From contig CM035350.1 in NCBI GenBank assembly GCA_020137815.1, positions 248,001-312,000 on the forward strand: DNA of 64,000 nucleotides, given 5' to 3'. This stretch comes from Hormiphora californensis (Eukaryota > Animalia > Ctenophora). Positions within the stretch are counted from its first letter, which is position 1. Each line of letters begins with the position of its first letter. The notes beneath the pieces are model-generated. The model searched no databases. It was not told the DNA's origin and saw nothing but the letters and a program-made list of their open reading frames with translations. The position numbers and the translations under genes were made by a program. This document shows, one piece after another, positions 56,870-64,000 of this stretch.

Positions 56870-58994
56870 ATGGGAAACCAGCAAGGGACAGAGTTGAAAA
56901 GAACACCATTGGAGGCACCCTGTCAGTTGAGCTGGTGTCCGAAAACTGATTTGCCTGATGTTGTGGGTCGGGAAGGGCACTGTGCTGCCGTGGTGAAGGA
57001 TAAAATATACTTGTATGGTGGTACTGGACTCAACAAACTATTCGGATTATCAGTTTACGATCCAAGTAAGAACTTCAACTCCGTGTTTGATACCAAATTG
57101 TAAAGTTATGTGTCCCACTGTCCCAGTGGCAACTGGCATCAAGTTTCAGAAATGAGCTAGGAGCTTCTTGACAAACAAGTTCTTTTTCAGCGACCAACAC
57201 GATACGAGATATACCAGCAACTCCTGGCCCTGATACCGTGTCATGTGCATCCCTGAATAGTGTCGGAGATAAATTGTATTTATTCGGGGGCTTGAATAAA
57301 GAAAATGGATGGAACAGTAATGTTTGGGTGTTCGATACGAGTAAGTAACACGCTGTAAATCTAAATAAATTTCAAGGTTTAAAAACTAAATATCACCTAA
57401 CCAGTAACCATTGTCTCTTAGTTATTATTCTGAACTAAATATCAACCAACCATCCTTCCTTAGTTTCAGAGACGTGGTCGAAACCTGCAATTTCCGGAAT
57501 AAAACCCTCCCCACGAGACAAGCACACTGCTATAACTTGGGGTACCAAATTGGTTGTTTTCGGAGGATTTGGTCCGGCGGGGGAGGAGGATAGTGATGAA
57601 GAAGGAGGGCCGGAGAGTGTTAATTTTAGTTGGTTTAAAGATACATTTACATTTGATACTGCTACCAATGTGTGGGAGGAGATTTTTCAGGCACAAAATG
57701 GTAAGTTTTTGACCAACCTCATCCAAGTAGAGATAAGAGAAGTGTTTTCTATTCAACCATTCATTTTGATCAAATCAGTTTATTTCTAAAAACATGCCAC
57801 TATAATCTTGGATTTAGTCCTAGAAGCTTGGCAATATGATCCTGATCTCTCTTCCCCCAGGTCCGACAGCTGTAGCGGCCCACTCGGCGGGTATTTACAA
57901 GAACAAGATGTACGTGTTCGGGGGAAAGACACACTCTGCTCGAACTCAGGTTAGACTCAATTTCAACTTCATCAAAATGAGAAAGTTCTAAACTCTTTAT
58001 TTTTAACCCGATATTACAGGATTTAGTTGTGTTAGATTTGGACACAAAGCAGTGGAGTTCTGTTGAAGATGCTGGGGAGCGCCCATCTCCCTCTTCATTT
58101 CACCGCTCTATCCAAATTGGACAGTTCTTTGTTCTTTATGGGGGCCGATATAATGATAACAGTCACAGTGATCGATTACATGTGTTAGGTATGTTGTCTT
58201 AAAAACGATACACTCTTTTGTGAAATATGAGATTTTTGAATCCCTAACACGCGTTTTTCTGTAATAAGTAACAGCTCATTTTGGGGAAATTGACATCTCA
58301 TTTGAGGTGTGTTTCATCATTTCACAGCTCAGCTTCAAACAAGCGTAATGCGTTTCCTGTTTGTCTGTTTGTGTTTGGTGCACATTTGCGTGAGAACAAA
58401 GCACAGCTAGTGTAAAGACACAGGTCACACAGCGAGAAAACGGTGAACAAAATATCTAGAACAACATTATACCTCTCATGGGGGCCAATCATCTCGTGAC
58501 TAAATCAACGATAAAAGAGATATGTAATATGTATATCTTAGTGTTTTTCTCTCACACCATAACCACCCACAGATTGTGAGAGCGGGGGGTGGTATGATGG
58601 AGTGACAGACGACAATAAACCGTCTGCCAGGGGCCAGCCAACCCTATCCCTTCTTTCTGATGGAAGCACTGTTGTCATGTTTGGGGGAAGTGGAAAGTTT
58701 GATCCAATGGAGCAATGCTGTCAGGTAACTCAAATATTGAATCTCAAAAACACTGACTCTCGGTCACATAATTTTCCAGATGAGATAACACACTTATCAA
58801 ATACTTCATTACTTAATTGATTAGTTGTCCAGATTTATCAAAGTTTTCAACACTTTCAGGAGTATGACCCGGCGTTCTACAAGATTGATCTGAGTGGATT
58901 ACAACCAGTCACCATTCCCCCTCCGCCGCCTCCTGAATCAGAGGAGGGAGTGGAGAATGGGGGAGAGGAAGCTGCAACCGTTTCAGGATCCTAG
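56870..58994 (+). CDS. Kelch-repeat beta-propeller protein (KLHDC-like), 7 exons
   Basis: Six GG blades: IYLYGG, LYLFGG, LVVFGG, MYVFGG, FVLYGG, VVMFGG, with P..R..H and W motifs; GT-AG introns in frame; stop TAG 58992-58994. Confidence 0.9.
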
Positions 58995-59338
58995 TCTGAT
59001 TAAGAACTCAAGATATCGGAGTTCGAATATATAAAGCTTTCAAATTATTTCGTTTGGAGATATATTTAAATCACATTCAAACCACTTTTTCTCAACCCAT
59101 CAGCAACCATCGTTATCGTACTTGATTGTATCTCTGAAGGCCTCTTGTCGGCATTTCAACAGGTTTTTTCACTTTTTACTTTCTTTTCTCACTTTGGGAA
59201 CTTTTGGAAAAAAAAAGTTTCAAAAAGTCGAAATCTTTTGAGCTGTGATTTTCTGAAATCGAAAAAACGGCGCGCGCGGTTGCGCGGCGTAAATTCTGGT
59301 TTTGCGCGTGACAAGGCACCCAGATTTTAACGTCGCCC

Positions 59339-60140
59339 AAATTAACATGCCGTTAAAATTATTGGCCGGAATCTGCCACGCGAGTGGCAGATCTCGGCCA
59401 AGATTCTAAAAAAACTTTGGCCAGAATCTGCCACACACGTGGCAGATTCCGGCCAACAAATTGAAACTTACTTATATAAAGGCGAAAATCGCTGTACCCG
59501 ACTAATTTTGATACGCTGAATCACGTAAGCAACTTTTCCAATCCCTCAGATGTCGGGAAAGTGTCCTAATTGAGCATAATAGGGTCTAATTGACCCAACT
59601 TACAACTTTTCACCTGGAAACGATAGACGCTTATGTGAAGGCACTTTTCCGACTAATTTTGATACGCTGAATCACGTAAGCTATTTTTCAAAGCCCGCCT
59701 AGGTCGGGAAAGTGCCCTAATTGAGCAATTAAGGCCAATTAGACCCAATTATACTCAATTAGAGCAAATTCCCGACCTCGGAGGGTTTGGAAAAGTTGCT
59801 TACGTGATTCAGCGTATCAAAATTAGTCGGAAAAGTGCCTTCACATAAGCGTCTATCGTTTCCAGGTGAAAAGTTGTAAGTTGGGTCAATTAGACCCTAT
59901 TATGCTCAATTAGGACACTTTCCCGACATCTGAGGGATTGGAAAAGTTGCTTACGTGATTCAGCGTATCAAAATTAGTCGGGTACAGCGATTTTCGCCTT
60001 TATATAAGTAAGTTTCAATTTGTTGGCCGGAATCTGCCACGTGTGTGGCAGATTCTGGCCAAGGTTTTTTTAGAATCTTGGCCCAGATCTGCCACTCGCG
60101 TGGCAGATTCCGGCAAATAATTTTAACGGCATGTTAATTT
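59339..60140. repeat. ~800-bp foldback palindrome
   Basis: AAATTAACATGCCGTTAAAA ... TTTTAACGGCATGTTAATTT; arms near-identical for ~350 bp, with internal direct repeats. Confidence 0.92.
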
Positions 60141-60330
60141 TTATTTTGAAATGAAATTTTTATAAAACTTCAAGCAAAAATATTTCACTTGATTGAAAAG
60201 ACTCTTGGCCGGAATCTGCCACCGTACGGCTCTAACCGCCGAACCACTCAACCGTTTTGGCTAATTCAAAGTTTATCTGGTAGGGAATGTCAAGGCCTAA
60301 CCCCAACCCAAACCCCAGCCCTAACCCTAA

Positions 60331-60693
60331 GGTAAGCGGTAAATACTCACTCGGTTCTTCACATTTTTCGGACGTTTTTGACCATAACTCGGCCATTTCT
60401 TGACCAATTTGCAAAATCTTGGGCTCATTGGAAAGAAGACATTAAGACCTTTAAAATGAGCCCTAGAAAATGAAAATCGGCGCAAAATGCGCGGCGCTAT
60501 GGCGTAAAATGCGCGTTTTCGCCATAGCGCCGCGCATTTTGCGCCGATTTTCATTTTCTAGGGCTCATTTTAAAGGTCTTAATGTCTTCTTTCCAATGAG
60601 CCCAAAATTTTGCAAATTGGTCAAGAAATGGCCGAGTTATGGTCAAAAACGTCCGAAAAATGTGAAGAACCGAGTGAGTATTTACCGCTTACC
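60331..60693. mobile_element. Palindromic MITE (Merlin-like), 9-bp TSD TAACCCTAA
   Basis: GGTAAGCGGTAAATACTCACTCGG ... CCGAGTGAGTATTTACCGCTTACC; TSD 60322-60330 and 60694-60702. Confidence 0.88.
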
Positions 60694-61558
60694 TAACCCT
60701 AACCCCACTTTAGCCCTAACCCTAAAAAACCGTTTGTCAGCACTCACGAAACACCCAGATTTTAACGCTGGCCCTGTAGCATAGGCCAAGCATTGCATTA
60801 TCTCGCGCTTTGGCATGCGCTGCAGACCCCAAGTGCGCGCGTTTTCCACGGCTTCTAGGGCCTGTAAAGTCCATTTTTTTTCAACTGTTCACCCAAAAAC
60901 TGAAATTTAATAAAAATTAGAATTTGGGTGGCGCGCGCTATACGTTAACATGTGATAAACGCGCAAAACAATTCCGCGCACGACTTTGGGGGGTGAACAG
61001 TTGAAAAAAAATGGAGTATAGCATAGGCCAATCTCGCGCTTATCGGGGGGCCAGCAGCGTTTGCCAAGTTGTTTCTCAGTTCACGCTGGTATGGTCGCTG
61101 AGAGTCTGAAAAGAGCTACGCTCTCATCCTGTAATCCCGTTATCTGCATGCAGAGCATTTCCATTAGGGTCAGTAAACTATGCAGTAGCTTCGCAAATGA
61201 TGCTGCTGGCTGCAGTAGCGTTTGCCAAGCTAAGAATTTAAGTTACGGGAGCTCTAAATTCTAAAAAACCCACTTAAAAATGTCATTCTTTTGTAGTTTC
61301 CTAGCATCGTCCATTGGTGACTGGTTAGGTTTGCCATCTGGTAGGGATCTGGGATGTTTAGGAGTAGGCATCAAAATGGATGAGCAACCGTCGTTTGGCT
61401 GGGTTTCCTTGCCAATCCAATATCCATCCTTTGTAATTAATCATATTATGCTAGTCACATGCGTAATTGAACATCCTCTGCACAACACCATTATCATTTA
61501 TTATTCAACCCATTTAACAATTAAATCGTTATGAAGATTGAGAAATTTAGAACATTCT

Positions 61559-64000
61559 ATGACGAAGAAGATGGGGCGTCCATCGGTCGCAGTGCGTAAC
61601 ACTCCCACCGCTTACTTTGACGAAATATGCCAAATTTCTGGGCTTCTCAGTTGTGGCCTTGAACAGGGTGAGAAACATTGAAAATGGCTCTTGTTAAGCT
61701 TTGAAATTTGTTCACCCACTAATGACCCAACCCATTCCAGAGTGGATCGAGTTTATCTCTAACCAGGCGGATCTACAACAAAAGTGTCACACTGCTGAGA
61801 CAGAGGTAACACGACTGCGGGTTCAGGTGAACCAGTTCAAGTCGGACAAAGAGGCTTCAGATCTGAGAATAAAGCACATCCGGAAACAGCTTGCTGATGA
61901 GAAATCTCAGAGACAGTCCCTGGCGAAACAAAACGAAAAACTGGTAAGTTGTATGGGACTGATTTCAATACATCAGTTGGTTGTGTTACGATACATGATG
62001 ATATAACACTTGTAAACTTTTTCAGATTCAACAAATCAATGTGATTCGCTCCATTCTAGAAGACAGAGATCGGATGAGTATGATGACTGAAGAAGAGAAA
62101 TCAACTCTTTTCAACAAAAGTGCCCTCCGCAAACATTTTGACAGAGTGTTTGATGAAAACTCCATGGAGATGGATTCTGATCAAAGTTTGGAGCCAAGTT
62201 TCGAGGGAGCGGAGTTAGAAGAGTCCAGGTCTGAGTGGAAGAGGAGATCTCGCCAGTCGTGTGTGAGAAAGTCAGAGAGGCAGAGTTCTGGGATAATCAA
62301 GAAGAAACGACCCTCCAAAATACCTGATGACGACTTTGTACACGTAAGGGAATCATTGGTGTCTCTATTATATATGTATTGGTTTGCTGTCATTGTGTGT
62401 AATCACCAATTCTAGTTCTTAGTTAAATGTTAGTGTACTGCTAAAGTGTTTCTTTATTTATCACCAATTATCTCCAGATTGAGCCGACTACCAGTGAGTC
62501 TAGTGAACCTCCTATTATCTACCCCAATCTGAAACAGTTCAATAAACAGAATCCTCTACCTAGAGTACAACATGCTGAAGGTAACGTGGCATTGTCTTTA
62601 TATCCGTGTTCATTATTCTTCACACCCCCATCTCTCTTCAGTAATCTCCCTGAAGTCAGAAGCAACCACCGTGTCAACTACTGATACTGATAGTGATGCT
62701 GAGTTTCATGCTAGTGACACTGAGTCTGTTACCTCTACAACCAGTGAGAGCTCCCTACCTAACAGAGCACATCACTTCGTATTGAAAAGCCAGATCAAAC
62801 CTGAGGGATGCAAGGCGTGCAGGAAACGGCTGGGATTCTCTGCTCACGCTCTTAGATGTAAATGTAAGTAACTGTATCAACACAAACTGTATATATTAGA
62901 GACGCCTCTCTCCCTACTTCCTATTACTATTATGTCCCCCCAACAAGCTAATTGACTCCTCTCCCTCAGATTGTAAGATGGTAGTGCACCAGGATTGTAA
63001 GAATGCAGCGCCTCTACCCTGTGTGCCTCTTCTTAGCACACCCTCTAAGAAACAGGATGGCACCCTAGCTTCTTATGTCCCCAAGAATCCACCACACATC
63101 CCATCCATCCTACTGAAATGTGTTCAGGAGATAGAGGCCCGGGGTCTCGCTGATGTTGGTCTCTACAGGCTCAGCGGCACAAGTAAGTGATCATTATTAT
63201 CTCCCCGTGTCTGCTATATTTTACTGGACTGCCTCCTCCAGGCGTCTGCTATATTTTACTGGACTGCCTCCTCCCTCAATATTATTGAGGGAGGAGGCAG
63301 TCCAGTAAAATATAGCAGACGCCTGGATTAGATATTATTGAGTCAATGATATCTAATCCAGGCGTCTGCTATATTTTACTGTCTCCTCAGATAAGCAGAT
63401 AAAGGAACTAAAAGAGAGAATGCTGCGACCACGGTGTCAGGTCAACCTACGGAAAGTAGACGATATTAATGTGCTGACTGGAGTTATCAAGAGTTTCCTG
63501 ATGAACCTGAATGACCCTCTTCTAACCTCACTATTGAGTGAGGACTTCAAGGATGCTGCAGAGAGGAGTAGTCTCAATCACATATTCGATTGTGTAGCAA
63601 GACTGCCACATGAGAACAGGCACACTCTCGCTTTCCTTGTTTCTCATCTACAGAAGTAAGTTTTTTTAGGAACACTCATTTATTTCCTCCTTTTGAAGTT
63701 GTTCGCTTTGTAAAACCTCTATGCCTGGTAAAACTCTGAACCACTTGAGTTCACCACAGCGGTCACTCCCTCCTTCTTTTATTTGCCTAATGTATAACAG
63801 GTTATAGCCTTGTTTAGTGACTTCCTCTGACCCTGCTACACTTGTTCAGGGTATCTGATAGCGAGCACACTAAGATGCCCCGGAGCAACCTTGCTCGAGT
63901 GATGGCTCCTACCCTGGTTGCTGCTGTGCCCATGACTGACATGGACAGTGCGGTAAAGGACTCTAAGAGGTCAACTAAAGTTATGGAGATCATTCTCTCA
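61559..64000 (+). CDS. RACGAP1: Rac GTPase-activating protein 1 (MgcRacGAP/CYK-4), multi-exon, 3'-incomplete
   Basis: N-terminal coiled coil (DLRIKHIRKQL..EKLIQQINVIRSIL..EEEKSTL), C1 domain (HHFVLKSQIKPEGCKACRKRL..CK|CKMVVHQDC..PLPCVP), RhoGAP (EIEARGL..GLYRLSG, DINVLTGVIKSFL..PLLT, NRHTLAFLVSHLQ, KMPRSNLARV). Confidence 0.93.

Noticed and set aside
60327-60784. Twin ORFs MKIGAKCAALWRK on both strands
   Set aside because: A consequence of the palindrome; no protein motif.

Overview
Eukaryotic (animal-type) genomic DNA with short GT-AG introns, many (AG)n microsatellites and dense transposon debris. A compact early-branching animal such as a ctenophore is my inference and cannot be proven from this window. 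Host genes: SFI1-like centrin-binding protein (+), SAP30BP/HCNGP (+), a CARMIL/LRRC16-like gene on the minus strand that probably spans about 12.4-45 kb, a group-A bHLH gene (+) apparently nested in a CARMIL intron, C8orf82/UPF0598-like (-), a kelch-repeat protein (+) and RACGAP1/CYK-4 (+, runs off the end). Mobile DNA: Penelope-like elements (PLEs) with minimal hammerhead-ribozyme motifs, a near-intact CR1/L2-type LINE ORF2, a CRE-type restriction-endonuclease LINE remnant, an ORF1-only LINE derivative, two short Helitrons plus a Helitron Rep fragment, and many MITE/foldback elements with readable TIRs and TSDs. The 15.3-38.6 kb interval holds three partly overlapping copies of one segment, parts of it clearly error-ridden, so probably uncollapsed haplotypes or noisy reads; these copies give filled/empty insertion-site pairs. 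Most unusual observations: (i) unrelated minisatellites that repeatedly copy an exon end together with its splice site; (ii) a hammerhead-like motif inside a ~200-bp inverted-repeat element in an intron; (iii) a Kolobok > PLE > Helitron nest; (iv) tRNA-like Pol III cassettes inside mobile elements. All identifications are by eye and from remembered family motifs; no searches were run.
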